Made by a program: the position numbers and the translations under genes. From assembly GCA_047623945.1 (NCBI GenBank), contig JBLHOT010000012.1:2062-66061 (forward strand): a DNA stretch of 64,000 nt, in the 5' to 3' direction. The notes under the pieces were generated by a model. It had not been told where the DNA came from, did no database searches, and saw only the letters and a list, made by a program, of their open reading frames with translations. Positions 26,975 to 38,243 of this stretch are shown in pieces (positions within the stretch are counted from its first letter, which is position 1; every line of letters begins with the position of its first letter). The DNA is from Arcticibacterium sp. Lineage in GTDB: Bacteria > Bacteroidota > Bacteroidia > Cytophagales > Spirosomataceae.

Positions 26975-27265
26975 CTATTGAATAAAACTAACTATAAAAG
27001 CCACGACCATCTTTCCAAAATAAGTGAAAGAAGCCACTAAGTATCCTCCAAGCCTCTCCGCAATACTTTGAGGCTCTTTGAGATCCTCCTTATTTTTTTC
27101 CATTTCGAAATTCACTTTTTCTATCCCCTCTTCCTCCTTAGCAAAATTTCCATTCTCTTTTTGTACTAATTCCGTTTGATTAGAATTTGTGCTATCCATT
27201 TGTTCAAATCCTGAATTAAGGACTAAAACAGAAGAAAGAAGTAATACGCCTAATAACTTTCTCAT
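26975..27265 (-). CDS. Hypothetical small protein with N-terminal signal/TM and C-terminal TM segment
   Basis: Re-called to ATG 27265. The track ORF start at 27343 would overlap the fumC 3' end. Sequence: MRKLLGVLLLSSVLVLNSG, then an acidic and Lys-rich middle, then LGGYLVASFTYFGKMVVAFIVSFIQ. I recognise no family. Confidence 0.4.
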   Translation of the reverse strand: MRKLLGVLLLSSVLVLNSGFEQMDSTNSNQTELVQKENGNFAKEEEGIEKVNFEMEKNKEDLKEPQSIAERLGGYLVASFTYFGKMVVAFIVSFIQ

Positions 27266-27300
27266 TCCTAAAAAGGCATTAATGATGTCCAAAATTCGGA

Positions 27301-28704
27301 TTATTTTGGCAAATCTCCAACCATATCCTCTGGTTTCACCCATTCGTCAAACTCTTCAGAGCTTAAATAACCCAATTCTATCGCCATTTCTTTCAAAGAG
27401 GTACCCTTTGCATGAGCTTTCTGAGCAATCTCCGCTGCTTTGTAATAACCTATTTTAGTATTCAAAGCCGTAACCAGCATCAATGAATTATTTAGCTGAC
27501 GCTTAATATTATCATGTATGGGCTCTAGGCCAACAGCACAATGATCATTAAAAGAAACACAAGCCTCTCCGATCAATCTTGCCGAGTGAATAAAATTATA
27601 AATCATCATTGGCTTAAACACGTTGAGCTCAAAATGGCCATTAGCTCCACCAATATTTATAGCTACATCGTTTCCTAAGACTTGGGCAGCAATCATGGTC
27701 ATAGCCTCACTTTGGGTGGGATTTACCTTCCCAGGCATAATAGATGAACCCGGCTCATTGGCTGGTATAGATAACTCACCAATACCTGAACGAGGACCAG
27801 AAGAGAGCATTCTGATATCATTTGCAATTTTCATTAAGCTTACAGCAACCGTTTTTAAAGCACCATGTGTTTCCACAATAGCATCATGTGCGGCCAGAGC
27901 CTCAAACTTGTTTTCGGCAGTTATAAAAGGTAGACCCGTAAGCGTTGCAATATGCCGAGCCACATTCTCCGAATATCCCTCAGGTGTATTTATTCCGGTA
28001 CCTACTGCTGTACCTCCGAGAGCCAACTCAGATAAGTGGGCAAAGGTGTTTTTGACCGCTTTAAGGCCATGATTTAGCTGAGAAACATATCCCGAAAGTT
28101 CTTGACCAACGGTTAAAGGCGTAGCATCCATGAAGTGAGTTCTACCTATTTTCACCACATACATAAAGGCTTTTGATTTAGCCTCTAAAGTATCTCTAAG
28201 CTTCTCTATCCCAGGAATAGTATTCTCAATCAGCAACTTATATGCGGCAATGTGCATGGCCGTTGGGAATGTATCATTGGAGGATTGAGACTTATTTACA
28301 TCGTCATTTGGATGAAGAAACTTTGCCTTATCTGAGAGTAAGCCACCATTTAAAACATGAGCTCTATTGGCCATCACCTCATTACAATTCATATTGCTCT
28401 GAGTTCCTGAACCTGTTTGCCAAACCACTAAAGGGAATTGATTATCTAAGTCTCCGTTGAGAATTTCTTGGCAAACCTTTCCAATCAAATCAGCCTTGGC
28501 AGCATCTAAGACACCCGCTTCTTTATTAGTTAAGGCAGCAGCATGCTTGAGATAGGCAAAAGCCTGAATGATTTCCTTTGGCATTTTATTGATATCCCTA
28601 GCAATATCAAAATTCTCAATGGAACGCTGCGTCTGAGCTCCCCAATAAACCTCGGCAGGAACGTGAACCTCTCCTATCGTATCTTTTTCAATTCTATACT
28701 CCAT
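27301..28704 (-). CDS. fumC: Class II fumarate hydratase
   Basis: [28 protein letters not shown], the [16 protein letters not shown] signature and a C-terminal KPEDMVG motif. Re-called to ATG 28704; the track extension to 28743 has no support. Confidence 0.95.
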   Translation of the reverse strand: MEYRIEKDTIGEVHVPAEVYWGAQTQRSIENFDIARDINKMPKEIIQAFAYLKHAAALTNKEAGVLDAAKADLIGKVCQEILNGDLDNQFPLVVWQTGSGTQSNMNCNEVMANRAHVLNGGLLSDKAKFLHPNDDVNKSQSSNDTFPTAMHIAAYKLLIENTIPGIEKLRDTLEAKSKAFMYVVKIGRTHFMDATPLTVGQELSGYVSQLNHGLKAVKNTFAHLSELALGGTAVGTGINTPEGYSENVARHIATLTGLPFITAENKFEALAAHDAIVETHGALKTVAVSLMKIANDIRMLSSGPRSGIGELSIPANEPGSSIMPGKVNPTQSEAMTMIAAQVLGNDVAINIGGANGHFELNVFKPMMIYNFIHSARLIGEACVSFNDHCAVGLEPIHDNIKRQLNNSLMLVTALNTKIGYYKAAEIAQKAHAKGTSLKEMAIELGYLSSEEFDEWVKPEDMVGDLPK

Positions 28705-28722
28705 ATTTCTAATTAGTTGGTA

Positions 28723-28730
28723 CAAAAATA
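28723..28730 (-). promoter_or_regulatory. Candidate -7 promoter box for fumC
   Basis: The minus strand reads TATTTTTG, 18 nt upstream of ATG 28704. Confidence 0.35.
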
Positions 28731-28796
28731 AGTCAGGCACCAAAGGCTTTCAAGAACATAGCTCATTATTATTCATTAATGAACTGGCGAAAACCT

Positions 28797-28804
28797 TAAT
28801 TTTG
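28797..28804 (+). promoter_or_regulatory. Candidate -7 promoter box for truA
   Basis: TAATTTTG, 14 nt upstream of ATG 28819. Confidence 0.35.
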
Positions 28805-28818
28805 CGGTCGAATTATAT

Positions 28819-29565
28819 ATGAGGTATTTTTTAGAAATCACATATTTGGGCACGCAGTATCACGGTTGGCAAATCCAACCGAGAGAATCTAGCATTCAGG
28901 AGCATATAGAATTGGCTTTGAGCAAAATCCTTTGTCGTGAGATCCGTGTACAAGGAAGTAGCAGAACTGACACGGGCGTTCATGCCCGTCAGCAATACGC
29001 CCATTTTGATATAGAAAACTTGAATATAGCCACAGGTGATTTAAAATGGAAGCTCAATAGCTTTTTACCAAATGATATCTCCATAGCTCAGATCCTTCCA
29101 GTTCCAGTACATTATCATAGCAGATTTGACGCTTTGAGCCGTTCATACACTTATAGAGTTAATTTAGAAAAAAATCCATTTAGTTTAGTTCAATCACTTT
29201 ATTTCAGAAAACCTTTAGACCTGGATTCAATGAATAAAGCAGCTTCATTCTTATTGAAAAATAACGATTTCCAATGTTTTAGCAAAGTAAGAACAGACGT
29301 GGCTAATTTCAATTGTAATATAGTAATGGCTGAATGGCATCAGATTGGTTATCAACTAGAATTTCGAATTAAGGCCAACCGCTTTCTTAGAGGCATGGTG
29401 AGAGCTGTGGTGGGCACTTTAATTCAGATTGGCGAAAAGAAAATAAGTATTTCAGAGTTTCAACATATCATAGACTCAAAAGATAGAAGGATGGCAGGAA
29501 GTGCTGCCAAAGCACATGGATTAACACTAGAAGAGGTTAATTACCCCGAGGGTTATTTTAATTGA
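28819..29565 (+). CDS. truA: tRNA pseudouridine(38-40) synthase
   Basis: YLGTQYHGWQIQ, GSSRTDTGVHA (catalytic Asp) and FLRGMVRAVVGTL. Confidence 0.9.
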   Translation: MRYFLEITYLGTQYHGWQIQPRESSIQEHIELALSKILCREIRVQGSSRTDTGVHARQQYAHFDIENLNIATGDLKWKLNSFLPNDISIAQILPVPVHYHSRFDALSRSYTYRVNLEKNPFSLVQSLYFRKPLDLDSMNKAASFLLKNNDFQCFSKVRTDVANFNCNIVMAEWHQIGYQLEFRIKANRFLRGMVRAVVGTLIQIGEKKISISEFQHIIDSKDRRMAGSAAKAHGLTLEEVNYPEGYFN

Positions 29566-30026
29566 TGAATATTAGAAAAGCAGAAAGTAATGAAATAAAA
29601 AGAGTAAGAGAGCTCTTTGAGGCGTATGCCAAGGAACTAGATGTAGATTTATGTTTCCAAAATTTCGCGGGCGAGATGGATAGTCTGCCAGGCGTTTATT
29701 CTGAACCCGAAGGCTGTATTTTAGTACTAGAAAATGACAAGGCCAAACTTTTGGGAGCTGTAGCGTTAAAAAAACTGGAAAATGGTATTTGTGAAATGAA
29801 ACGACTTTATCTAGAACCAAGTGTAAGAAAAAGCGGTTTTGGAAAGAAAATGGCTAATGCCATTATGGATGAAGCCAAGCATAAGGGTTATAAGACTATG
29901 AAACTAGATACCTTACAAAGGCTCGAAACCGCTGTAGGTATCTATAAAAAGATGGGTTTCGTCAGTACTAAACCCTATAATTATAATCCTGAAAATACCG
30001 TTCTTTACTTCGAGAAAGCTTTATAA
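29565..30026 (+). CDS. GNAT family N-acetyltransferase
   Basis: An acetyl-CoA binding region reads RLYLEPSVRKSGFGKKMANAIMDEA. I prefer ATG 29565, which overlaps the truA stop (TGATG); a TTG at 29562 is also possible. Confidence 0.8.
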   Translation: MNIRKAESNEIKRVRELFEAYAKELDVDLCFQNFAGEMDSLPGVYSEPEGCILVLENDKAKLLGAVALKKLENGICEMKRLYLEPSVRKSGFGKKMANAIMDEAKHKGYKTMKLDTLQRLETAVGIYKKMGFVSTKPYNYNPENTVLYFEKAL

Positions 30027-30988
30027 TGGCAGAGATTGGAATTGACATATCATTAGCAAAAAGATTGCTCGAAAAAAGCGAATTGGTGGGCATACCTACA
30101 GAGACCGTATACGGTCTGGCCGCAAATGCTCTTGATGTAAACGCCGTTGCCAAAATTTTCAAGGTGAAGAATCGACCATCTTTTGACCCTTTAATTATTC
30201 ACACCGACACTATTGAGAAGGTTAAAAGTTTCGTGAAAGATATTCCACTAGGTTTAGAGCTACTCCTTAGGACGTTTTCTCCAGGCCCACTTACTGTTCT
30301 TTTGCCAAAAAATAACCATATTCCAGATTTGGTTAGCTCCGGTCTTGAAAGAGTGGCGGTGCGTATTCCTAAACACCCCTTGACTTTAGAGCTTTTGGCA
30401 GCCCTTGATTTTCCTTTGGCGGCTCCGTCCGCAAACCCTTTTGGATATATCAGCCCTACTTCTGCCGAGCATGTCAATAGGCAATTAGGTGATAAAATTC
30501 CTTATATTTTAAATGGCGGAAACTGCCAAGTAGGATTAGAATCTACCATAGTAGGCTATGAAGATGGCGAACTTACGGTGTACAGAAAGGGTGGTTTACC
30601 TTTGGAGGTGATAGAGAAACTGATAGGAAAAGTTAAAATCAAGGAGCATTCAAGCTCTAATCCAGCTGCACCAGGGATGTTGGTATCTCACTATTCCCCA
30701 AATAAGAAGGTTTTTTTTAAAGAAGATTTTTTCATGAAGTATGGAAAAGGGAGTCTTTCAAAAGTAGGTTTTTTAGGTTTCTCAGAGGCTATTGATGGAA
30801 TACCGGCTAACAATCAATTCCTTTTGTCAAAAAAAGGAGACTTAAATGAGGCCGCCAAGAATCTATTTTCAGGTTTACGGTTTCTTGACAATTTGCCTAT
30901 TGATACAGTATTGGTAGAGCTTGTGAAGGATGAAGGTTTGGGCAGAGCCATTAACGACCGACTAAAAAGAGCAGTCTCAAAAGTTTAA
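30026..30988 (+). CDS. L-threonylcarbamoyladenylate synthase (Sua5/YwlC/TsaC family, with Sua5 C-terminal domain)
   Basis: VGIPTETVYGLAANA, KNRPSFDPLIIH, AAPSANPFGYISPT and a C-terminal Sua5-type domain. The start overlaps the upstream stop (TAATG). Confidence 0.9.
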   Translation: MAEIGIDISLAKRLLEKSELVGIPTETVYGLAANALDVNAVAKIFKVKNRPSFDPLIIHTDTIEKVKSFVKDIPLGLELLLRTFSPGPLTVLLPKNNHIPDLVSSGLERVAVRIPKHPLTLELLAALDFPLAAPSANPFGYISPTSAEHVNRQLGDKIPYILNGGNCQVGLESTIVGYEDGELTVYRKGGLPLEVIEKLIGKVKIKEHSSSNPAAPGMLVSHYSPNKKVFFKEDFFMKYGKGSLSKVGFLGFSEAIDGIPANNQFLLSKKGDLNEAAKNLFSGLRFLDNLPIDTVLVELVKDEGLGRAINDRLKRAVSKV

Positions 30989-33627
30989 TTCTCAATCAAA
31001 ACCATTTCTACACGTCTATTTTTAGAACGGTTTTCTTCAGAGTCATTGTCAGCCACAGCCTTTGTTTGACCAAAACCGTTACTTCTAATTCTGTCAGGAT
31101 CTGCTCCCCTAAAAAACAGGTAATTGGCTACTGCTTTAGCTCTAAACTGAGATAAACCCAGATTAAGCCTTGGGTCTCCCACATTATCAGTATACCCTAC
31201 TATTTCAATAACCAATTTTTTGTTTTCCTTAATAGTCTTAGCCAACTCATTCAGCTGCTGCACTTCGGCATCTCGAATGCTAGAACTTGCTTGGTTAAAA
31301 TATACCTCATCTAGTAGATATCTTTTCCCTTTAGCCTCTACTTTTTTAAACTCCTCGGCCATGGCTATTGCAGCCTTTGGTATCACTGGTGCTTCTTTTT
31401 CCTTTACTGTTAAAGGTTTTGGCTTAATAGGCTCTGGAGTTTCCACCACTACCACGGGTTCCTTAATTACGGATGCAGGAATTTCTTTTTCTATTGGTTT
31501 TTCTACAGGCTTTTCTATTAATCTTACACTCTTAATGAAATTAGATTCCACCAAATCCTTAACATAAAAATTCTCAGAGAAAGTATAGTAACCCTCTTTG
31601 ACAATTTCTAAGGTGTATCTCATTTCTCCATCTAACTCTGCCTCATAAAGCTTTGTAGTTGCTGTAAACAATTCTTGCACTCTCACGCCTTTATCAGACA
31701 CTAGGCTAAACTTCAAAGACGTCAAGGCTTTTGCGGTCTCTAAACCCTCTATTTTGAATTTAACCTTGTAGGCCTCTCTTTTGATGGCCATTCTTAGAAT
31801 ACCGTTCTTAATATCCTGAGGACGAATTGCGGACTTAAAAGTGTGGTAACTTTTCGCTTGAATTTCCACGCTATATTGTCCCTTTGTACCCCAAATTACC
31901 TCTAAAGCCTTAGTCTCAGAGTTCTCATTGACCGGCATTTCTTTCTGGTCAAGGAAGTATTTCCAGTTCGCTTTAACTATTTCATTCGTCATGAAATCAT
32001 ATGCTGCTAATTCACAACTTTCAGTGCCAATTGGCGTCAAATAGAGTTGCTGAGCATTACTAGAAATTGAATTTGGCCTAAATCCATCCTTATATCCTTC
32101 TGCCGAAACAGAATAGTTGATACTGGTTCCACGCTTAAGTTTTGCTAAAAACTCACCCTCTTTTTTAGTATTATAGACAAAAACTTCTCTACCCTCGGCA
32201 GCCTGAATTTTGAGATCGCCATTAAAAATAGGCTTGTTGGTTTGCTCTTCTACTAGTTTATAGGAGTGTGTAGATTCTTTATCCCAGAATAATTCTACAT
32301 TAAAGCCTCTATTGTCTTCAGAAAGCACTTTTGTTACTGGATTGTAACCCTCCAGGCTTACTTCAATAAAATACTTCTTATCGGTGTCTGTTATGAATTG
32401 ATGCTGACCAGATGAGTTTTTCTGAATACCTTCTAACTCTTGGCCTCCTGGTCCGTAAACTCTAAAATCAGCGTCAGTAAGTTTTTCTTTACTGTAATGA
32501 TCAATGATGTCAATGAAAAATTGTTTATCCGCTTTTACAAGCTGATAAGAATTTTCTAAAGGGCCCCCTAGAAAATTACTCACCCCAAAAGTACCCGTCT
32601 GAGAAAGGTAACCTTCACTAATAATTTCTAATTTATATTCCCCTATTTCCTTCGGAACAAAAGGCTGCCCTTTCTGGTACGTCAGTGTCTCTTTTAATCC
32701 TGATGGCGTTGTAATATTGATCTTAGCAGCTATATCTCTGGAAGTAAGTTTATCCGTAATATTAAAAACCATCGCTGTCAAAGGTCTCATTCTAGCCACT
32801 AAATCCTCTCTTTGAAATCCTTCAATAGGCTTATCATAAAATTGATACCCATTGGCACTAGCCTCTATTCTATAATTAATACTATGCTTAAACGTGAACA
32901 AGACAATGCCATTAGAAACGTTTCTTGAGAGTAATGGAGCTCCTGAGGAAGTCTCTATTACGGATACATTTACAGCAACTGGTTTCCCTGTTTGTTCATC
33001 AATAAATTTGACAGCTACCTCTTTTGCAGGTCTTTCCAGTTTAACCTCTTTTTGCACAATGACTGTCGGGGAACCTATTTGCACCTCTACCTGCTCATTT
33101 AGGTCAGAAAATCCAGCAGACTTAATTTGGACATAATAAGTGCCGGCCTGATTCAATGGAACAGAATAGGTAAGTGAATTTTTAGTGGTGTTCCCTCGGC
33201 CTACCATTTTGCCCTCAAAAAAGATTTCAAAAGCTGCGGGTTCACTTCTCCCACTTTCCAAGGCTATTGCAGTAAGGTTTAAAGTGGCCGTGGGCCTACG
33301 CTCCATGGCAAATTTAACTTCCTCACCGTCTTGTAGAACGGTTTCTTGCAACTGTTCTGACTCATCATAATAAAAGTCTAATATGGCCTTTACTTGAATT
33401 TCATCTCCCTTTTTTATTTCTACAAACTGAAGACCATCCTCCGTTTGTATCGTGTATGACCTACCTGTCTTTTGTGATTCAACTCGCCATTCTACTTTGA
33501 GTACATCACCCCCGTACTTATCAGAAGCCTCTAAATAGATTACTTTTTGGGCATAACTTTGAAAAGACGCTCCAAAGGGTACTATTAGAACAATATAAAA
33601 TAAGAGTGATTTTAATCGGGCGTTCAT
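30985..33627 (-). CDS. Large OmpA-family protein: repeated Ig/CarboxypepD_reg-like beta-sandwich modules plus C-terminal OmpA peptidoglycan-binding domain
   Basis: Signal peptide present. About 700 aa of repeated ~90-aa beta-rich modules are followed by a Pro/Lys linker (PEPIKPKPLTVKEKEAPVIPK). The C-terminus is OmpA_C-like: EIVGYTDNVGDPRLNLGLSQFRAKAVANYL...GFGQTKAVADNDSEENRSKNRRVEMVLI. Confidence 0.8.
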   Translation of the reverse strand: MNARLKSLLFYIVLIVPFGASFQSYAQKVIYLEASDKYGGDVLKVEWRVESQKTGRSYTIQTEDGLQFVEIKKGDEIQVKAILDFYYDESEQLQETVLQDGEEVKFAMERRPTATLNLTAIALESGRSEPAAFEIFFEGKMVGRGNTTKNSLTYSVPLNQAGTYYVQIKSAGFSDLNEQVEVQIGSPTVIVQKEVKLERPAKEVAVKFIDEQTGKPVAVNVSVIETSSGAPLLSRNVSNGIVLFTFKHSINYRIEASANGYQFYDKPIEGFQREDLVARMRPLTAMVFNITDKLTSRDIAAKINITTPSGLKETLTYQKGQPFVPKEIGEYKLEIISEGYLSQTGTFGVSNFLGGPLENSYQLVKADKQFFIDIIDHYSKEKLTDADFRVYGPGGQELEGIQKNSSGQHQFITDTDKKYFIEVSLEGYNPVTKVLSEDNRGFNVELFWDKESTHSYKLVEEQTNKPIFNGDLKIQAAEGREVFVYNTKKEGEFLAKLKRGTSINYSVSAEGYKDGFRPNSISSNAQQLYLTPIGTESCELAAYDFMTNEIVKANWKYFLDQKEMPVNENSETKALEVIWGTKGQYSVEIQAKSYHTFKSAIRPQDIKNGILRMAIKREAYKVKFKIEGLETAKALTSLKFSLVSDKGVRVQELFTATTKLYEAELDGEMRYTLEIVKEGYYTFSENFYVKDLVESNFIKSVRLIEKPVEKPIEKEIPASVIKEPVVVVETPEPIKPKPLTVKEKEAPVIPKAAIAMAEEFKKVEAKGKRYLLDEVYFNQASSSIRDAEVQQLNELAKTIKENKKLVIEIVGYTDNVGDPRLNLGLSQFRAKAVANYLFFRGADPDRIRSNGFGQTKAVADNDSEENRSKNRRVEMVLIEN

Positions 33628-33840
33628 TTGAACAATTGGCTTTCTTAGAATTCTTAAACCTTGGCTTGGCTGACTGTATTAAAGACATCGCAAGGACATA
33701 CAATTTTCTGAATTAATTTACATTTTTAATCAATTCGATATGTTTTTTTTAGTTCTAAAACGATTTAGAAATGAAAAAGTATAAGTTTGATACTTCTTCA
33801 TTTCTTTATTACGTCATAAATTAAAAGGGTTATACATTCC

Positions 33841-34425
33841 ATGTACTTTACACCAAGTTTTTTGCCATGTATTGCATATTTCCAAGAAATATTGTCTCAA
33901 GACACAATACGTTTAAACGCCAATGATATTTACATCAAACAGACTTATAGAAATAAGACACAAATTTTAGGGGCCAATAAGGTTGAGAACTTGATAGTTC
34001 CAGTTCATGCTAGTTCTATGAAAACCCCCTCGAAGGATGTTAGGATTGATAATAAAACTTCGTGGCAACGAAACCATCTGAGAACTTTGGAAGCAGCCTA
34101 CCTGAAATCTCCTTTTTATCAATTCTATGACTATATTTTTGAACCTCTTTTCAAAAAAGAATACATTTTTTTGATTGATCTACAGATTGAAAGCCTGACA
34201 GTTTGTCTCCGATGCCTGCAATTAGAAAAGACAATTTGTCAGGAGCCTATTTCCGCAGGGAAAGGCCTTATAGATATAAACTCAAAGGTTTTACCAGCTG
34301 AATACTCCTTTAAACCCTATTTACAGAACTTTGGCAATGAGTTTGTACCTAACCTCTCTATTATGGATTTACTGTTCTGTAAAGGCCCAGAGGCTATAAT
34401 TTACTTAAGACAGAGTGAACAGTAA
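33841..34425 (+). CDS. WbqC-like family protein
   Basis: 194 aa. The N-terminal FTPSFLPCIAYFQEIL and the overall size resemble WbqC-like proteins, judged from memory only. Confidence 0.55.
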   Translation: MYFTPSFLPCIAYFQEILSQDTIRLNANDIYIKQTYRNKTQILGANKVENLIVPVHASSMKTPSKDVRIDNKTSWQRNHLRTLEAAYLKSPFYQFYDYIFEPLFKKEYIFLIDLQIESLTVCLRCLQLEKTICQEPISAGKGLIDINSKVLPAEYSFKPYLQNFGNEFVPNLSIMDLLFCKGPEAIIYLRQSEQ

Positions 34426-34440
34426 ACATTCATATTTCGT

Positions 34441-34448
34441 TATATTTG
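34441..34448 (+). promoter_or_regulatory. Candidate -7 promoter box for clpC
   Basis: TATATTTG, 35 nt upstream of ATG 34484. Confidence 0.4.
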
Positions 34449-34483
34449 AAACTGACACAAATACGTGTACTAAAAAGCAATAG

Positions 34484-37015
34484 ATGGAACCCAAATTTTC
34501 ACAGAGAGTAAAAGAGGTAATTTCCTTAGCAAGAGAGGAGGCATTACGTTTGGGTCATGACTACATTGGCACCGAGCACTTTATTTTGGGCATGATTCGC
34601 GAAGGCGATGGCATGGGATTAGAGTTAATCCGAAAAACTGGAATAAAAATTACCGACTTAAAGCAGAGCATTGAGTCTGCTACACGTGGCACCGCCACCA
34701 ATAATATTAAGAACCTTGCAAATATTCCTTTAACAAGGCAATCAGAAAAGGTTCTTAAAATCACTCATTTAGAGGCTAAAATTTTCCGTTCTGAGGTTAT
34801 CGGGACAGAGCATTTATTATTAGCCATACTTCGTGATGCTGATAATCTAGGCTGCCAGATAGTTAATAGGTTTAAGGTTAATTATGAGCTCATTAAAGAG
34901 ATGCTTGAGTATCAATTAACTGGAGAAAGCCCAAGCTCAATGGAAGGCTCTGATACGGAGGACGAAGACAGAACATTCTCGGGTTCTGACTCGGGTAAAA
35001 CAGGTTCAAGAGAGAAGACAGGTGAAAAGTCTAAAACGCCTATTCTAGATAATTTCGGAAGAGATTTGACTAAGATGGCCGACGCTGGAAAGCTTGATCA
35101 GATAGTGGGAAGAGAAAAGGAAATTGAGCGAGTAGCTCAAATACTTTCACGAAGAAAAAAGAACAATCCTATTCTAATAGGCGAGCCGGGCGTGGGTAAA
35201 ACAGCCATTGCTGAGGGTCTTGCTTTGAGAATTACTCAAAAGAAAGTATCCCGGGTACTATATGGCAAAAGAGTGGTAACACTTGATTTGGCTTCATTGG
35301 TGGCGGGAACAAAATACCGTGGTCAGTTCGAAGAAAGAATGAAAGCTGTGATGGCGGAACTGGAAAAGTCTCCTAATGTCATTCTTTTCATAGATGAGAT
35401 TCATACGATTGTTGGTGCTGGAGGTGCTAGTGGCTCTTTGGATGCCTCAAATATGTTTAAGCCAGCACTGGCTAGAGGTGAAGTACAATGTATTGGAGCG
35501 ACGACTTTAGACGAGTACCGTCAATACATTGAAAAAGATGGAGCATTAGCCAGAAGATTTCAAATGGTTATGGTGGATCCTACTTCTGTAGAAGAAACCG
35601 TCGAAATTTTAAATAACATTAAGGATAAGTACGAAGAGCATCATCATGTAACCTATTCGCAAGAGGCTATTGAAGCAGCCGTAAAATACTCTGACAGATA
35701 TATTTCTGATAGATTTTTACCTGACAAGGCCATTGACGTTATTGATGAAGTTGGTGCTCGTGTTCATATTAATAACATCCACGTTCCACAGGAGATCATT
35801 GACCTTGAGGAAGATGTAGAAAACATCAAAGTTGAGAAAAATGCTGTTGTAAAAAGTCAGCGATATGAAGAAGCTGCTCAGCTCCGTGACAAAGAGAAGA
35901 AGCTTATAGACCAACTAGATAAGGTAAAGCAGGCTTGGGAAGAAGAAAGTAAAGAGAAAAGGCATTTGGTTACGGAGGAAAATGTGGGTGAGGTGATTGC
36001 CCAAATGACGGGTATCCCAATCAACAAAGTCAATATGAATGAAGGCGAAAAAATCCTTAAAATGGGAGATTCGCTTAAAAACAGAATTATTGGCCAGGAT
36101 GCTGCTGTAGGTAAATTGGTCAAAGCCATCCAAAGAACTCGTGTTGGCCTCAAAGATCCTAAAAAGCCAATTGGTTCTTTCATTTTCTTAGGACCTACGG
36201 GTGTTGGAAAAACGGAATTAGCAAAAGCTCTTACAGAATACTTGTTTGATTCTGATGAAGCTTTAATACGCATAGACATGAGTGAGTATATGGAGAAGTT
36301 TAGTATCTCCAGACTCATAGGAGCTCCTCCAGGATACGTTGGTTATGAAGAAGGCGGTCAGTTAACCGAAAAAGTTAGAAGAAAGCCTTACTCTGTTATT
36401 TTGCTTGATGAAATAGAAAAAGCACATCCAGATGTATTCAATATTTTACTTCAAGTCCTAGACGACGGTATATTAACTGATAGTTTGGGAAGAAAAGTAG
36501 ACTTCCGAAATGCGATAATTATCATGACATCAAATATTGGTGTTACAGATTTAAAGAATTTTGGAGCAGGTATTGGGTTTGCTACGCAAGCCAGACTTAA
36601 TAATCAAGATGAAGCTATTAAAGCCACCATTCAGAGTGCTTTGAAAAAGACTTTCTCTCCTGAGTTCTTGAATAGATTAGATGATGTCATCATTTTCAAT
36701 ACACTTGAAAAGGAGTCCATTCATCAAATTATAGATATTCTATTAGAGAAATTGTTTGTCAGAATTAAAGGATTAGGCTTCAACATGGAGCTGAGTGTTG
36801 CCGCCAAGGATTTCGTGGCAGACAAGGGTTACGACAAACAGTATGGTGCTAGACCTCTGAATAGAGCTATACAGAAATACGTAGAAGACCCGATGGCTGA
36901 AGAAATTCTTAAAGGAGGACTGAAGGACGGAGATGTAATTCTGGTAGGTTATAAAAAAGGTGCTGAAGAATTAAATTTCTCTAAAAAGAAAAAGAAGGCT
37001 AAAGTAACGCCATAG
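34484..37015 (+). CDS. clpC: ATP-dependent Clp protease ATP-binding subunit (ClpC/ClpA-B family, two AAA+ modules, Clp_N repeats, UVR-like linker)
   Basis: Clp_N repeats ([16 protein letters not shown] and [13 protein letters not shown]), Walker A motifs GEPGVGKTA and GPTGVGKTE, and a UVR-like [13 protein letters not shown]. Confidence 0.95.
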   Translation: MEPKFSQRVKEVISLAREEALRLGHDYIGTEHFILGMIREGDGMGLELIRKTGIKITDLKQSIESATRGTATNNIKNLANIPLTRQSEKVLKITHLEAKIFRSEVIGTEHLLLAILRDADNLGCQIVNRFKVNYELIKEMLEYQLTGESPSSMEGSDTEDEDRTFSGSDSGKTGSREKTGEKSKTPILDNFGRDLTKMADAGKLDQIVGREKEIERVAQILSRRKKNNPILIGEPGVGKTAIAEGLALRITQKKVSRVLYGKRVVTLDLASLVAGTKYRGQFEERMKAVMAELEKSPNVILFIDEIHTIVGAGGASGSLDASNMFKPALARGEVQCIGATTLDEYRQYIEKDGALARRFQMVMVDPTSVEETVEILNNIKDKYEEHHHVTYSQEAIEAAVKYSDRYISDRFLPDKAIDVIDEVGARVHINNIHVPQEIIDLEEDVENIKVEKNAVVKSQRYEEAAQLRDKEKKLIDQLDKVKQAWEEESKEKRHLVTEENVGEVIAQMTGIPINKVNMNEGEKILKMGDSLKNRIIGQDAAVGKLVKAIQRTRVGLKDPKKPIGSFIFLGPTGVGKTELAKALTEYLFDSDEALIRIDMSEYMEKFSISRLIGAPPGYVGYEEGGQLTEKVRRKPYSVILLDEIEKAHPDVFNILLQVLDDGILTDSLGRKVDFRNAIIIMTSNIGVTDLKNFGAGIGFATQARLNNQDEAIKATIQSALKKTFSPEFLNRLDDVIIFNTLEKESIHQIIDILLEKLFVRIKGLGFNMELSVAAKDFVADKGYDKQYGARPLNRAIQKYVEDPMAEEILKGGLKDGDVILVGYKKGAEELNFSKKKKKAKVTP

Positions 37016-37022
37016 CATTCAA

Positions 37023-38195
37023 ATGAATAAAACTTTTATTATTCTAATAAGTCTGTTGCTCTTTCAGGGCAACAGACTTTTTTGTCAGACACTTTCTGAA
37101 AACGCAGAAATATCCTTGTTAACGATAGCACCTGGTGAGGAGTTATGGTCTTTCGCTGGACATACGGCTGTTAGAGTAAGAGATCCCAATACGGGTATTG
37201 ATATAAACTTTAACTACGGACTTTTTGATTTTAGAACAGATAGTTTCTATCTCAAATTCTTCAAAAATACGCTTCCTTATCAAATAGGAGCTTATAATTT
37301 CAGACAAGAAGTCCCATATTGGCTGGAGGATCATCGGAGAGTTACGCAACAGGTATTACGCCTTGATTCTACGCAAAAACAGCAAGTTTTTGATTTTCTG
37401 GTAAACAATTATAAACCGGAGAACAGGGAGTATATGTATAAGTTTTTCTATGACAACTGCTCTACCCGTGTGCGAGATGTTTTACAAACCGTCTGTGGAG
37501 ATAGCTTAGCTTTTAGTGAAACACTACATGCCAAAGAGAGTTACAGAAGCTGGATAGACCTTTACAATCAGAAATGTGAAAGCTATTGGGTGGAGTTTGG
37601 CATGGATATTTTAGCTGGGCTACCTGCTGATGAACCCGCTGGCCATTTAGGAGCCATGTATATCCCTGATAACTTGATGTCTGCTTTTGACTCTGCTAAG
37701 GTTTATCAGAACGGCAGATGGACGAGCCTTGTGTCTCAGAAGTTTGACCATAATAATGAAACCATAGACCACAAACCCATTTTCATTAAACCATTCTTGT
37801 TTTTTGGAATTCTGTTTCTCCTAATCGCTGGAGTGACTTTTATGGAATACCAAAACAAGAAATGGCATATCTGGATAGACAAAGTCCTTTTTAGCATTAC
37901 TGGGCTATTGGGTTGGTTCATGCTCTCTCTTTGGTTTTTAACGAGCCATGGCGTGATGAATGAAAATCTGAATCTCCTCTGGGCCTTTGCTCCTGTATTT
38001 CCTGCGGTGTTCTTCCTAAATAGAAAAGCAGGCACACAAACTTGGTTGAAGTATCTATTCTTTATTCAAATGCTATTAGCCCTACTTCTCATATTAGGTT
38101 TTAGCTTTTTGCCCCAAGAGTTTCATGAAGTCATTATCCCCATTGCAGGAATAATTTTAATTCGGTCCTATTTCATCTGGAGGAGAAAATCATAG
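37023..38195 (+). CDS. DUF4105 (Lnb N-terminal periplasmic domain) protein with C-terminal TM region
   Basis: Signal peptide present. ISLLTIAPGEELWSFAGHTAVRVRD...YGLFDF and the FFYDNCSTRVRD motif are typical of DUF4105. The C-terminus is a multi-TM segment. Confidence 0.7.
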   Translation: MNKTFIILISLLLFQGNRLFCQTLSENAEISLLTIAPGEELWSFAGHTAVRVRDPNTGIDINFNYGLFDFRTDSFYLKFFKNTLPYQIGAYNFRQEVPYWLEDHRRVTQQVLRLDSTQKQQVFDFLVNNYKPENREYMYKFFYDNCSTRVRDVLQTVCGDSLAFSETLHAKESYRSWIDLYNQKCESYWVEFGMDILAGLPADEPAGHLGAMYIPDNLMSAFDSAKVYQNGRWTSLVSQKFDHNNETIDHKPIFIKPFLFFGILFLLIAGVTFMEYQNKKWHIWIDKVLFSITGLLGWFMLSLWFLTSHGVMNENLNLLWAFAPVFPAVFFLNRKAGTQTWLKYLFFIQMLLALLLILGFSFLPQEFHEVIIPIAGIILIRSYFIWRRKS

Positions 38196-38243
38196 ACGCA
38201 GACCTAAAAGAACTAATCAAATTCTGAAATCGTTTTAGTACTA

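Noticed and set aside
30985-33627. Internal ~90-aa repeats of the OmpA-family giant, considered as a possibly novel repeat protein
   Set aside because: The modules look like ordinary CarboxypepD_reg/Ig-like beta-sandwich repeats fused to a standard OmpA_C domain, an architecture common in Bacteroidota. Nothing at the DNA level, such as identical repeats, suggests recent expansion.
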